Assembly (NCBI GenBank): GCA_040752695.1
Contig: JBFMGO010000015.1
Location: 12,022-76,021, forward strand
Origin: a bacterium
Lineage (GTDB): Bacteria > SZUA-182 > DTGQ01
DNA: 64,000 nucleotides
Reading direction: 5' to 3'
Part shown: piece after piece, positions 54,287 through 63,991 of the stretch
Layout of the letters: each line of letters starts with the position of its first letter
How positions within the stretch are numbered: the stretch's first letter is position 1
Position numbers and translations under genes: made by a program
Notes under the pieces: generated by a model
Told to the model about the DNA's origin: nothing
Seen by the model: the letters and a program-made list of their open reading frames with translations, nothing else
The model's database searches: none

Positions 54287-55390
54287 ATGTTTATTCTTAT
54301 TGTTTTAGTTGGAAGTTTTGCACTTGGTGTTCTACTTCAGTTGACCATCAATCATTTTTACAATTCTAAATCCAACACACCTCAGCTTATAAATAATTGG
54401 AATTTTATCAGAAATAAACTACATATATTCGTCGTGGCCTATTTGCTCATCCACATCGGTCTGGTTGGAGGGGCTGAGGTTGCTCATGAAGGGTTGGCCA
54501 GTCTGGCTGTTCCGGGCATGATCAGTATTGGCCTGGCCATGACGCTTTTCGTCGTGACCATGCTGGCCTTAATGTGTCTCCAGATCACTGATCGGGAGAC
54601 AAGTATCAGCCTGGCGGCGCATTTTGGTTCGGTAAGCGTTGGAACATTTGCCGCGGCGCAGGCATTTCTCAACAGCAGAGGTATTCCCTTTGCTTCATCC
54701 ACAGCGGCCTGGCTGGCCCTGATGGAAGTGCCGTCCATATTAGCAGGTGCGGTTATGCTCGGTGGTGGATTCAAGTCCATCAAGGATACTCTGGGTGATC
54801 GGGATATACTCCTTCTGCTTGGTACACTCGTTATGGGTTATGTCTTAGGTCCGCGTCTGGTCCATAGACTTGATTTTCTCATTGTCGCTCCATTCGAAGC
54901 TGTATTGGCCTACTTTCTCTTTGATATGGGCCAGCACGCAGGGGGCCATATCACTCAACTCCGGGATGGCGGGGTGAAGTTAATTGGCTTCGGCATTCTC
55001 ATGGCTCTCTTTGGTGGAATTCTAGGAGGATTGGCTGGTACGCTTTTCGGTATGAGCATAGGGAATGTGGCCATTCTCAGCACCTTAAGTGCATCCGCAT
55101 CCTATGTGGCAGCTACCGCTGTCATGAGCAAGCTCGTTTCTGCCAGGGCGATTGCGACAACCCTTACGGTATCGCTCGGTATTACTCTGCCGTGGAATAT
55201 CCTTCTTGGCATCCAGTTATATACGTTCGTGGCGCGAGAGCTCAGTAACATGCATTTAAGCCCTCATGTATTGGGATCAATGCTGGCCGGATGGCTGAGT
55301 ATCGTATGCGGCATTCTGCTCTTATGGTCAAGATGGAATCTGGCCAAAAAGGAGACGTATTGGGAAGAGGCTGGCCAGGAAGGACTATAG
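54287..55390 (+). CDS. sbtA: SbtA (DUF897) sodium-dependent bicarbonate transporter family permease
   Basis: AAHFGSVSVGTF, LMEVP, FLFDMG, SASYVAA, LGITLPWNILLGI. Confidence 0.85.
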   Translation: MFILIVLVGSFALGVLLQLTINHFYNSKSNTPQLINNWNFIRNKLHIFVVAYLLIHIGLVGGAEVAHEGLASLAVPGMISIGLAMTLFVVTMLALMCLQITDRETSISLAAHFGSVSVGTFAAAQAFLNSRGIPFASSTAAWLALMEVPSILAGAVMLGGGFKSIKDTLGDRDILLLLGTLVMGYVLGPRLVHRLDFLIVAPFEAVLAYFLFDMGQHAGGHITQLRDGGVKLIGFGILMALFGGILGGLAGTLFGMSIGNVAILSTLSASASYVAATAVMSKLVSARAIATTLTVSLGITLPWNILLGIQLYTFVARELSNMHLSPHVLGSMLAGWLSIVCGILLLWSRWNLAKKETYWEEAGQEGL

Positions 55391-55437
55391 ATTTTTAATC
55401 AGTGTTTATGGGTGCGGGTGGGGCATAATCAGTTAAA

Positions 55438-55471
55438 AATCCCCCCCCGCCCCCTTTACAAAAGGGGGAGT
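55438..55471. repeat. REP-like palindrome CCCCCTTT-x-AAAGGGGG
   Basis: aatccccccccgccccctttacaaaagggggag; related copies near 3950-4005 and 63625-63670. Confidence 0.6.
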
Positions 55472-55520
55472 AATTGATACCCCTTTAAGGGAAGTGATGA
55501 GTGCCTTTGAGAAAGATTGA

Positions 55521-57770
55521 TTAGAAGCTCCACCAGGGAGTGACATCCAGTACAAAGCTTTGAATCACGTAACCGCCCAGGCTGTCATAGCCGGTGATCT
55601 GAACCGAATACTGGCCGGGGAATTGGGTTTGGAAAGTGAAGACGCCATTATCGCTGACTGCTCCGATGTTGCAGGAATAAAAAAGTTTTTGCCCGTCCGG
55701 ATCGAACATCCGGAGTTCGGAGAGGGTAAAAAGTTCGCCAGCCCGGCACTGTTGCGGGGATTGGATGGTTTCAAGGATAATAGGCGGATGATTGAGCCAG
55801 GACCCTGAATTTATGCAGAATATATTAAACGATCCCATTGCTGACAATCCTCTTGAGTCGCGGACAGTGACAACACATTGAAAAACTCCCTCGAACTGCG
55901 GATTAAAGGAGATGACGCCCCTATAGGGGTCGATAATATTCTCCATCCAGGGGCCATATTGATAAGAGGGCAATCCGTTGAGAGTTATTGAGTAAATCAA
56001 TATGTCACCCGGATCGGGGTCAGTAGCCGTTACGGTATAAACATTGGTAATCGCCTGGTCAGGCATGGCCTGGCTGATCTGAACGGTCTGTCCAGGCAGA
56101 GTGAATCCCCCCATGATACGGTCCCTTTGGCTGGGGATTTTCCCGACTTCGAAGCATTGATCGGAAAGCTGCTCGATCCTCGGAGGATGATTGGTAACCG
56201 GATAATTCACTACGGAAACGGGGAAGGTCTCTATATCCGAAAGCCTCCCGTCGGTTACCTCACAGGTGACGATCAAATCTTCCAGCACCTGCTCCTGCAT
56301 ACGTAAAACGACCACATTGGGCAGATAGGAAAATCCGCTGTTCAGTAAGGCATATTGCAGATTTTTTAAACAATCGTCCCCGGCAAGCCATTGGGTCAGG
56401 GGAACCCGCCATTTTGGCAAGGCGCTGATGCCGTAATAATTCCGGAGGAAATTGCCGAAGTCCGGTATGGGCAACTGGAGGCCGCTCGTAGGATCCTGAT
56501 AGGTCAGGGGAATTCTGCTGATCAGTGAAGAGGCTTCAATTCCATTGGCGCCCGCTCCGCCCACGGTAATGCGGAAGGTGAGGGGATCTCCCTTACTGCC
56601 ATCGACAAAGTGCCTTTTACCTTCCGAATCGGTATAGTAGAGCAGATTTTCATCTTTATAATTCCTGTACACTTCATCGGGAACATCGAGCATCGTGAGT
56701 TTTCTGGTATCCTGATCTCTTGGCGTATCATAGCAAAGTGCCTTACCGTTCGGATCGAAACACCATAACCCCAGGTCAGGATCTTCGGCAAAAATCAGTC
56801 GTGTGCTGTATTGGCCTGTCTGGTCGAACAGCAGGGGATAGAAAGACCCGATTCGAAACAGGTAAGGTGCACGATTTTCATACGGGGATTTTTTGAAAAA
56901 GATGATGTCATCCAGCCGGTATTGATTTCCCCTTACCTGAATAGCGGAAATCTCCTTGAGGCTCTCGCCTGTAGCCTTATCAACCGCATTTTTAATATCG
57001 ATGGTTACCGCGTGCCAGGTTCCATCCTGAAATTGCCTGCCCAGATAGACCATAATAGTCGGATCAACTTCAAGACGCACGCTGTTGGGATCAAGAGCGT
57101 TGATTCCTGTGCCGGGATTTCCGTTCGGAGATTCACGGGGGATCAAGACGAGTTGGAAAGAGTGATTCTGTCCTGCGTTTGAACCGGAGGCAAACACTTT
57201 TTGCGTGGTCCCAAAGATGATAAAACTGAAAGTATTAAAAGAGTCGAAAGCGATAGGAGCCCGAACCTTGAAGCTCAGTTCGGCATTGTTGGCATCTATG
57301 GGGCTGATTGAGTCCCCATTCGGATAGTATGTCGATTTGGTAATGGTATAGGGCATATATTGGGAGTCAAAGGGCAAAAAAACGGATGCCGGCCGATAGA
57401 CATCCAAAACCTTGCTCCCTTCTTCGAAATCGATAACGCAGTTGAGCATCCCGTAACCGACACCTCCGCCAAAGACGGGATAAGAAGGCTCCTCCGTATG
57501 CCAGCCATGATTCAAAGGACTATCCCAGTATTCAAAGTTATCGAGCAGGATATCGCCCCTGGCGGTTTTGAGAGCATTCCCCATCATTGGCAATTGCATA
57601 TCTAAAGGAGGCGATTCAATGGCGAGGGCCGCCGGTACCTGCCAGTCAATGAAAAGGGCTGCTAATCCAATCAATGCACTTAATGCAATCAATGGCATCA
57701 GTGCAGGGAAGAAAAACGAACGGAACTTTATCCCTTTCATCATAATATTGAAAAGCTCCCTTCCTGACAA
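55521..57770 (-). CDS. Large secreted protein with carbohydrate-binding-like N-terminus and cadherin/Ig-like C-terminal repeats
   Basis: Signal peptide; NRAP/NHPP...ATDPDPGD.L.YS and DPDGQKLFYS Ca-binding Ig motifs. Confidence 0.8.
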   Translation of the reverse strand: MSGRELFNIMMKGIKFRSFFFPALMPLIALSALIGLAALFIDWQVPAALAIESPPLDMQLPMMGNALKTARGDILLDNFEYWDSPLNHGWHTEEPSYPVFGGGVGYGMLNCVIDFEEGSKVLDVYRPASVFLPFDSQYMPYTITKSTYYPNGDSISPIDANNAELSFKVRAPIAFDSFNTFSFIIFGTTQKVFASGSNAGQNHSFQLVLIPRESPNGNPGTGINALDPNSVRLEVDPTIMVYLGRQFQDGTWHAVTIDIKNAVDKATGESLKEISAIQVRGNQYRLDDIIFFKKSPYENRAPYLFRIGSFYPLLFDQTGQYSTRLIFAEDPDLGLWCFDPNGKALCYDTPRDQDTRKLTMLDVPDEVYRNYKDENLLYYTDSEGKRHFVDGSKGDPLTFRITVGGAGANGIEASSLISRIPLTYQDPTSGLQLPIPDFGNFLRNYYGISALPKWRVPLTQWLAGDDCLKNLQYALLNSGFSYLPNVVVLRMQEQVLEDLIVTCEVTDGRLSDIETFPVSVVNYPVTNHPPRIEQLSDQCFEVGKIPSQRDRIMGGFTLPGQTVQISQAMPDQAITNVYTVTATDPDPGDILIYSITLNGLPSYQYGPWMENIIDPYRGVISFNPQFEGVFQCVVTVRDSRGLSAMGSFNIFCINSGSWLNHPPIILETIQSPQQCRAGELFTLSELRMFDPDGQKLFYSCNIGAVSDNGVFTFQTQFPGQYSVQITGYDSLGGYVIQSFVLDVTPWWSF

Positions 57771-57975
57771 AATGTGTTCAATGAGTTACCTCTTTGAAAA
57801 AGCTCAATAACAGAACAGGCAGGAATGGCAAAATCCGTACAGGTTCTCGATGCTGAATTACACATTCTAAGACGCTCCGTTGACAGTATAGAGAGTATTC
57901 AGGCCATACTGCTGAAACTGCGCTCCCTGATTTGTACAAAAACAATGCACTGAAAAGACATTATCCTGATAGAAT

Positions 57976-57991
57976 TGCAAGCAGCATGCCG
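57976..57991 (-). promoter_or_regulatory. Sigma54 -24/-12 promoter
   Basis: Minus strand CGGCATGCTGCTTGCA (GG-N10-GC). Confidence 0.7.
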
Positions 57992-58205
57992 CAGGACCCA
58001 GGGTGCATAAGACCGGATATCCGCTACTTCTTGTAAATTGCCGGGATCTGACTCCCTGTCTTCTTGTTACCGGAAAAAAAAGAGAAAATGTCAATCTTCC
58101 CTCTTGATGGTTTATTGCCGAAACGATACACTATAAATATGCAGTACTGGCCGATAGGTTTTTTCCTGCTCATGAAAAATTTAAACTCTCTTTTAATACA
58201 GTCTG

Positions 58206-58679
58206 ATGGAGCCACCTTTGAAATCTTTCTCCAATAGTCGAACCGGCGACCGCCGTATGGGTAAAGACAGGCGGTCAGGGGCTACTCCTGCCTTGAGTAA
58301 ATACACACTGTCAGGCCAAAGGAAGGGAAGCCGCAGAGCGAGCGATAATGCGCAGATTTACGTGGATCTATACAGCCATAAACTTTTTCTCACGATATGC
58401 GTGATCCTGCTTCTGTGTGTTGCCGATGGATATTTTACCCTTTTCAATGTTTTTTGCCTGAATATACCGGAGCTGAATCCGATCATGGCCTATTTGCTGG
58501 ATAAGAGTTGCTCATGTTTTTTCATGGTAAAGTATGCGCTTACCAGTTTAGGATTGACCTTTTTATGTGTTCAGATCAATTTCAAGTTTGTACGGTCAAC
58601 ACTTCTGGCCATTCTGGGGTTTTATCTCTTTATACTCTGCTCTCATCTCTATATTTTCTCCTCTCTATCCCCCCTTTAA
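58206..58679 (+). CDS. DUF5658-like membrane protein
   Basis: Arg-rich DRR..DRR N-terminus; D.YFTL...ELNPIM...KYALT. Confidence 0.7.
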   Translation: MEPPLKSFSNSRTGDRRMGKDRRSGATPALSKYTLSGQRKGSRRASDNAQIYVDLYSHKLFLTICVILLLCVADGYFTLFNVFCLNIPELNPIMAYLLDKSCSCFFMVKYALTSLGLTFLCVQINFKFVRSTLLAILGFYLFILCSHLYIFSSLSPL

Positions 58680-59140
58680 CCCCTTTTCCTTAACCATAGA
58701 TAGCGCAGGAAATGCCTCTTCATCACATCCGGTGCTTCCTCCATCGTGATTTTTTACACCATTAATTCTATTTTTAAAGTTGACAGGGTAGTAGTTACTC
58801 TTGATTTATGAAAATCGTGCTGCTTGCTTCCTGGCAGGGATATCGCCAGTATTCCCAAACGTGAAGACTGAGTAGTGTACCGGATCTTTTTGAATGTGCC
58901 TGAATCCTGGCAATATCGCTCGAAGGATGGCAGGTGCCTTGACATTTTCCTCTGTTTTTGGGGAGCCGGTTGTCTTTTAGGGATCTTGAAAGTGCCTGAA
59001 TTCTGGCAGTATGCCAGTTCGTTGGCATGTATTTAAACGGTGGGGTCTGGAGGCGCAAAAGGTCTTGAAAAAATTGTATTGATAAGAAAGACAACCACTT
59101 ATCATAAAGTCTCCCAAATCAATTTTTTATAATCATCACC

Positions 59141-59156
59141 CGGCACGGCCCTTGCT
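59141..59156 (+). promoter_or_regulatory. Sigma54 -24/-12 promoter
   Basis: CGGCACGGCCCTTGCT (GG-N10-GC), 100 bp upstream of the permease. Confidence 0.78.
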
Positions 59157-59254
59157 CAAATAAGGTGTAGAAAGAGAAAGTCATTTTTAAGTTTTGCATA
59201 TGAATACCGATTTATCAGGTGATGTACAGGAAAAATAACACAAGGAGATTATCT

Positions 59255-61135
59255 ATGGCAGAAAACCAGGTACAAACATGTGCTCCAACAATAAAACCCA
59301 CGCTTGGGCTGCTCGGTGCTACGGTAAATGCCATGGCACTGATTGCGCCTGGAGCCTTTTTGTGGATTACGTATCAGTTGCAGGCTGCCGCAACAGCGCC
59401 CAATGGGGCCTCGGTTGCCAGTGATATATGGGCAGGGATTGTTCTTGCGCTGATCGTGGCCTTTCTCACGGCATTATCCTACGCGCAACTCGCCAAGATT
59501 TATCCGGAGGCTGGTTTCGCGAGCTGTTGCTACTTTGCGGAAAAGGCATTCAAGGATCGCAAGGGCATCAAACACAGTACACCGATGTCCCAATCACGGC
59601 TGGCCAAACTCCTGACAGCCTGGTCAGCTCATCTTTTCTATTGGGTTTATCCGGGAGTCATGGTGGCTTTTATGGCTACCTTGATCGGCTATATATACAC
59701 GCAGCTTACGGGTGCCACCCTATCCCCGATGGAATTGACCGTGATCGGTGTGGCATTTGCCTTTGTTGCCGGATACATCGCGTTTCGCGGGGTAAGCGGA
59801 TCGACGAAGACCGCGTTATTGATTAATGTCATCCAGCTTGTCACGCTGGTTATTTTCAGTGCCCTGGCCATATACTACCGGGTGACCAATCCCCAGGTCG
59901 CAACCCAATGGACTTTTGCCGGATCCTGGGATATTATTCGTCCCCATTCGTTTCAGGGAGTGTTGATTCAATCCACGCTGGCGATTTTGATTCTCGTCGG
60001 ATTTGAAAGCTGCACAGCCTTAGCCGCTGAAACAAGGAATCCCGAAAAAACGATTCCGAAGGCGATCATTCTTTCACTCATTATTCAGGGAGTTTTCGCT
60101 TATCTTCTCCAGTATTTTGCAGCGGGCTGCATGCTCAGCGAAAAATTGACCGCGGTTGCCGATGGAAAGATCGTGACCGGTATGGCTGCGGCTGCCGCTT
60201 CGAGCGCGCCGATCGGCGATCTTGCCAAACTTATCGGTGACCATGTTCTTCATGGTGTGGGTTTCGGGCTGATGATAACCATGGCTATTACCGTGGCCAT
60301 TGCGATCGTCGGGACTACATTGAGTTGTATGAATACGGCCATGCGAGTTACCTGCGGTATGGCCGAAAGCGGGGAACTGCCGGAAATGCTGAGCTTTCTG
60401 CATGGTAAGTTCAGTACACCCCACATCGCACTTTGGGCGCTGGTCGGGGTTTCTTCACTGATCGCAGCGATAGGAGTAAGGTCCGTGGTGGGATTGACGG
60501 GAATTACTCTGGCATCGAACTTTGGCACGTTCATTCTGTACGGCCTGACCTGCGTCTGGACAATTGTAGCGTTCAAAGGCCGTAAGGAGTTTAATTTTAT
60601 AAAGCATGGCATAATACCGACCCTCGGGATCATTGCCAACGTCCTTATGGTGGTGTCGATTCTTTATCTCTATTCCATCGGGAATGCAGACGCCGTAGCT
60701 GAGGCAAAGATTTGTTTTATCATAGCAGGTATATGGGCTGCCGTGAGCCTTCTTTACGTTGCCTTGACCAGCGTCCAGAAGTCTTATCGCGTACGGCTGG
60801 TGACCTGCCTGATCCGCCCAGAACAGCTTGGCGACGTTGTTTCGGCTTTGAGAAGAGAAAATCTGATCATGGGAATGACCGTCATGGATGTACGAGGTTT
60901 TGGCCGTCAGAGGGGCGAGAAGGATAATGGGGATCTTGTCACCCTGGAAACGATTCGTTTTTTGCCAAAAGTAAAATTGGAAGTTATTGTCAAAGATTGG
61001 GATGTCGAACGGACCATGAAAGTTATCAGTGAATCGGCACGTACGGGAAACATCGGCGATGGAAAGATCCTTGTACTGGAAGCATCGGCAGCCATGCGCA
61101 TCCGTACCGGAGAAAAGGGAGTGTACGCCGTGTGA
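59255..61135 (+). CDS. APC family amino acid/amine permease fused to a C-terminal PII (GlnB-like) domain
   Basis: About 12 TMs, GFES...AAETRNPEKTIPKA; C-terminal IRPEQL, GFGRQRG, FLPKVKLEV, TGNIGDGKI, RIRTGE. Confidence 0.9.
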   Translation: MAENQVQTCAPTIKPTLGLLGATVNAMALIAPGAFLWITYQLQAAATAPNGASVASDIWAGIVLALIVAFLTALSYAQLAKIYPEAGFASCCYFAEKAFKDRKGIKHSTPMSQSRLAKLLTAWSAHLFYWVYPGVMVAFMATLIGYIYTQLTGATLSPMELTVIGVAFAFVAGYIAFRGVSGSTKTALLINVIQLVTLVIFSALAIYYRVTNPQVATQWTFAGSWDIIRPHSFQGVLIQSTLAILILVGFESCTALAAETRNPEKTIPKAIILSLIIQGVFAYLLQYFAAGCMLSEKLTAVADGKIVTGMAAAAASSAPIGDLAKLIGDHVLHGVGFGLMITMAITVAIAIVGTTLSCMNTAMRVTCGMAESGELPEMLSFLHGKFSTPHIALWALVGVSSLIAAIGVRSVVGLTGITLASNFGTFILYGLTCVWTIVAFKGRKEFNFIKHGIIPTLGIIANVLMVVSILYLYSIGNADAVAEAKICFIIAGIWAAVSLLYVALTSVQKSYRVRLVTCLIRPEQLGDVVSALRRENLIMGMTVMDVRGFGRQRGEKDNGDLVTLETIRFLPKVKLEVIVKDWDVERTMKVISESARTGNIGDGKILVLEASAAMRIRTGEKGVYAV

Positions 61136-61203
61136 CCGGAGAATGCTGACTCTTTTTGGTTATCGAAAATCAGAAAGGTTAATTATAGGGCAATGCACTA
61201 CAT

Positions 61204-61232
61204 GGCAGCCGCACGTTAAACATGCGGCTGCC
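61204..61232 (+). other. Strong intergenic hairpin between the permease and the PII gene
   Basis: ggcagccgca-cgttaaaca-tgcggctgcc. Confidence 0.6.
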
Positions 61233-61383
61233 GCCTATTTGGATAATGACTGGCCGCATAGGTGATGGCCGGGATATTGCCTGAGAGAATACAAGAGAAG
61301 CCGTTTAACATATGAAAAGTATCAAACGGCACGTATCGAAAACATGAATCACGTATTGAAAGCCTGAACTAAGGAGATCAGCC

Positions 61384-61722
61384 ATGAAAAAGTTAGAGAT
61401 CATCATTCAGCCAGGGAAATGCGAAGCAGTGCGCAAGGCAATGGATAAGGTAGGCTGCGCCGGTATGACCATCTCACAAGCGGAAGGACATGGTACTCAA
61501 AAGGGCCTGGCGAAGGTGAAACTGAGCGGGAGTTACCTGATGGAAATGGTCCCTAAGACGCGTATTGTGGCCATTGTTAAAGATAGTGACGTCGAGACAA
61601 TGATCGAAGCGATCATCAAGGAAGCCAGGACGGGCCAGCACGGTGACGGGAAGATATTCATCTCTGATATCAATGATGCTGTCCGTATCCGCACCGGGGA
61701 AAGAGGGGAAACGGCAGTCTGA
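61384..61722 (+). CDS. glnK: PII nitrogen regulatory protein (GlnB/GlnK family)
   Basis: GHGTQKG, PK, TGQHGDGKIF, VRIRTGERG; 112 aa. Confidence 0.93.
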   Translation: MKKLEIIIQPGKCEAVRKAMDKVGCAGMTISQAEGHGTQKGLAKVKLSGSYLMEMVPKTRIVAIVKDSDVETMIEAIIKEARTGQHGDGKIFISDINDAVRIRTGERGETAV

Positions 61723-61779
61723 ACACGAAAGAAAGGAAACGACAGTCTGAGCACGGTTTTTTGCGGACGTTTTTTGCGT

Positions 61780-63441
61780 CTAGGCTTCTTTTTCGACAAA
61801 TAGACCGGTGAAAGAAAAAGTATCACCGTCAAAAAGGCCGATATCGCCAATCTTGAGATGGGGGATTACCAGTAAGCTCATAAAGCTCAAGGTCATGTAT
61901 GGTGCCTGAAGAGTCGCACCCATTTTTTTGGACATCGCATCCAAAGCAGCATACTGTTCCGCCACGGTCAATCCATCCCGATGGCTCATAATACCTGCTA
62001 CTGGCAGAGGGATGACCATCCGGCTGCCACTTCCGTCGACAGCCGCCATTCCACCCCGGTTATCGATAATGAGGTTGAGCACATCGGCGATAGCTTTATC
62101 GGATGTTCCTACTGCAACCAGGTTGTGGGAATCATGGGAAACCGAACTTGCAATCGCGCCCTCATCAAGGCCGAATCCGGTGACAAAGCCAACGGTAGGC
62201 GAGGCTTTGGAGTAACGATTAACCACAGCTATCTTGAGGACATCATTTTCGACATCGGGTACTGCGTACCCTTCGACTTCTTTTGTGGCTGCCTTCATGC
62301 AGTCAGTGACGATCTGCCCATCCATTACCCCGATAGCCTGGATGCAAGGTCCTTCGGCCAGAACGGCCAAATCTTCGGGTCTGATATGTTCTGTCACCCC
62401 GAAATTATTGGGGGTATCAAAAGGAACGCTCTCTATAAGGGATTTATCGCACCGGGCGACGGGCTGACCCTTGATGAAGGCAGCGATAATCTTGAACTCT
62501 TTCAGGTTATTGACGATCAGGAAGTCTGCCGGATCTCCCCGCTGTAAAAGTCCTATATCAAGGCCATAGTGCCTGACAGGGTTGAGGCTGGCAGCCCGGA
62601 GTACGTTCATGAGATCCAACCCGCGCTCTACAGAACGGCGTACAAGATCATTGATGTGCCCTTTGACGAGGTCATCAGGGTGTTTATCGTCGCTGCAGAA
62701 CATGACTAGATCAGGATACAGATCGATGAGGCCGGCGAGTTCCTCGAAGTTCTTTGCTGCAGACCCTTCCCGGATGAGAATTTTCATCCCGCAGTCTATC
62801 TTTTCAAGAGCCTCGTCTAAGGACACGGACTCATGGTCCGTTGTGATTCCAGCCTCGAAGTAGGTCTGCAAGTCCTTACCCCTCAAAAGAGGGGCATGTC
62901 CGTCAATGATTTTGCCACGGCTGTGAGCCAGGTTAATCTTTGCCCAAATGTCCGGATCTTTATAAATAACGCCTGGATAATTCATCACCTCGCTCATGGA
63001 AAGAATATCATCGTTCGAAAGCAGCTCTTCCATCTCCGGTATACCGATGACGGCACCGGATGTTTCAAAGCAAGTTGCAGGAACGCAGCAAGGTGCACCA
63101 AAATAGAATTTAAAGGGGACCTGTTTGCCGTTCTCGATCATGTAATAGACTCCATCGACACCAAGCACGTTGGCAATCTCATGGGGATCGGATACCGCTG
63201 CAATAGTCCCGTGTCTGACTGCGATTCTTGCAAATTCGGACGGTACGAGCAGAGAGCTTTCTATATGGACGTGTGCATCGATGAAACCGGGGATAATATA
63301 CCTTCCCAAATAAGGTCTGTTACCAAGACGGTAAATCTTTTGTATATATCCATCACGAATTTTTAAGCAGCCTGGATAAATATCCTTACTGATAACATCG
63401 ACGATATTTCCCCACACCCATCGCTGCTTTCTCTGTGCCAC
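61780..63441 (-). CDS. ade: Adenine deaminase
   Basis: PGFIDAHVHIESS, DPHEIANV, DGHAP, TDHE, REGSAA, CSDDKH, SHDSHN; GTG start after a GGAGG RBS. Confidence 0.95.
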   Translation of the reverse strand: MAQRKQRWVWGNIVDVISKDIYPGCLKIRDGYIQKIYRLGNRPYLGRYIIPGFIDAHVHIESSLLVPSEFARIAVRHGTIAAVSDPHEIANVLGVDGVYYMIENGKQVPFKFYFGAPCCVPATCFETSGAVIGIPEMEELLSNDDILSMSEVMNYPGVIYKDPDIWAKINLAHSRGKIIDGHAPLLRGKDLQTYFEAGITTDHESVSLDEALEKIDCGMKILIREGSAAKNFEELAGLIDLYPDLVMFCSDDKHPDDLVKGHINDLVRRSVERGLDLMNVLRAASLNPVRHYGLDIGLLQRGDPADFLIVNNLKEFKIIAAFIKGQPVARCDKSLIESVPFDTPNNFGVTEHIRPEDLAVLAEGPCIQAIGVMDGQIVTDCMKAATKEVEGYAVPDVENDVLKIAVVNRYSKASPTVGFVTGFGLDEGAIASSVSHDSHNLVAVGTSDKAIADVLNLIIDNRGGMAAVDGSGSRMVIPLPVAGIMSHRDGLTVAEQYAALDAMSKKMGATLQAPYMTLSFMSLLVIPHLKIGDIGLFDGDTFSFTGLFVEKEA

Positions 63442-63866
63442 CAATGTGCCTCCCGCCCTTTTGAATGTTCGAGACAGAGAATACGTATCGTACGAAATAC
63501 TCACCGTATGGTGATGTTCAATCATGATGATGTGCAATCAAGCGCATCTTTTCGTATTATACTCTTTTATCGATTTTCTCTTCCACTATAAAGTTCAATG
63601 AATATGAATGCTTCAAATACTCTTTTCTTTCTCAAGGGGACAGGCCCCTTTTCAAGGGGGGGAGGGGGCCGGCCTTTCCAACCGGTCGCGAATTCCTTGC
63701 CCTTGGCTTGAATCTCTTTGCCTTAAATCTGGCAGTGTTGTCCGCTAATTGGCAGAGGACGCAACGCCGGGATCTGGAAGGGAAAAATGTCCGACGTACA
63801 GATTATCAATAATAAAAATAATCACTTACCTTCGTGCATTGTTCGCCGTTTTTCCTTTTGCAACTC

Positions 63867-63882
63867 CGGCACATCCCTTGCT
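63867..63882 (+). promoter_or_regulatory. Sigma54 -24/-12 promoter
   Basis: CGGCACATCCCTTGCT (GG-N10-GC). Confidence 0.75.
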
Positions 63883-63991
63883 CTTATAAAAAATCAAAGA
63901 AGAAAGAAAGCGAGATTTTATGAATTTTATAAACCATTCCTGGCCAGGAAGATAACTTTTTCGGTTAAACCTTCAAGGAGGTGTTGTCAAG

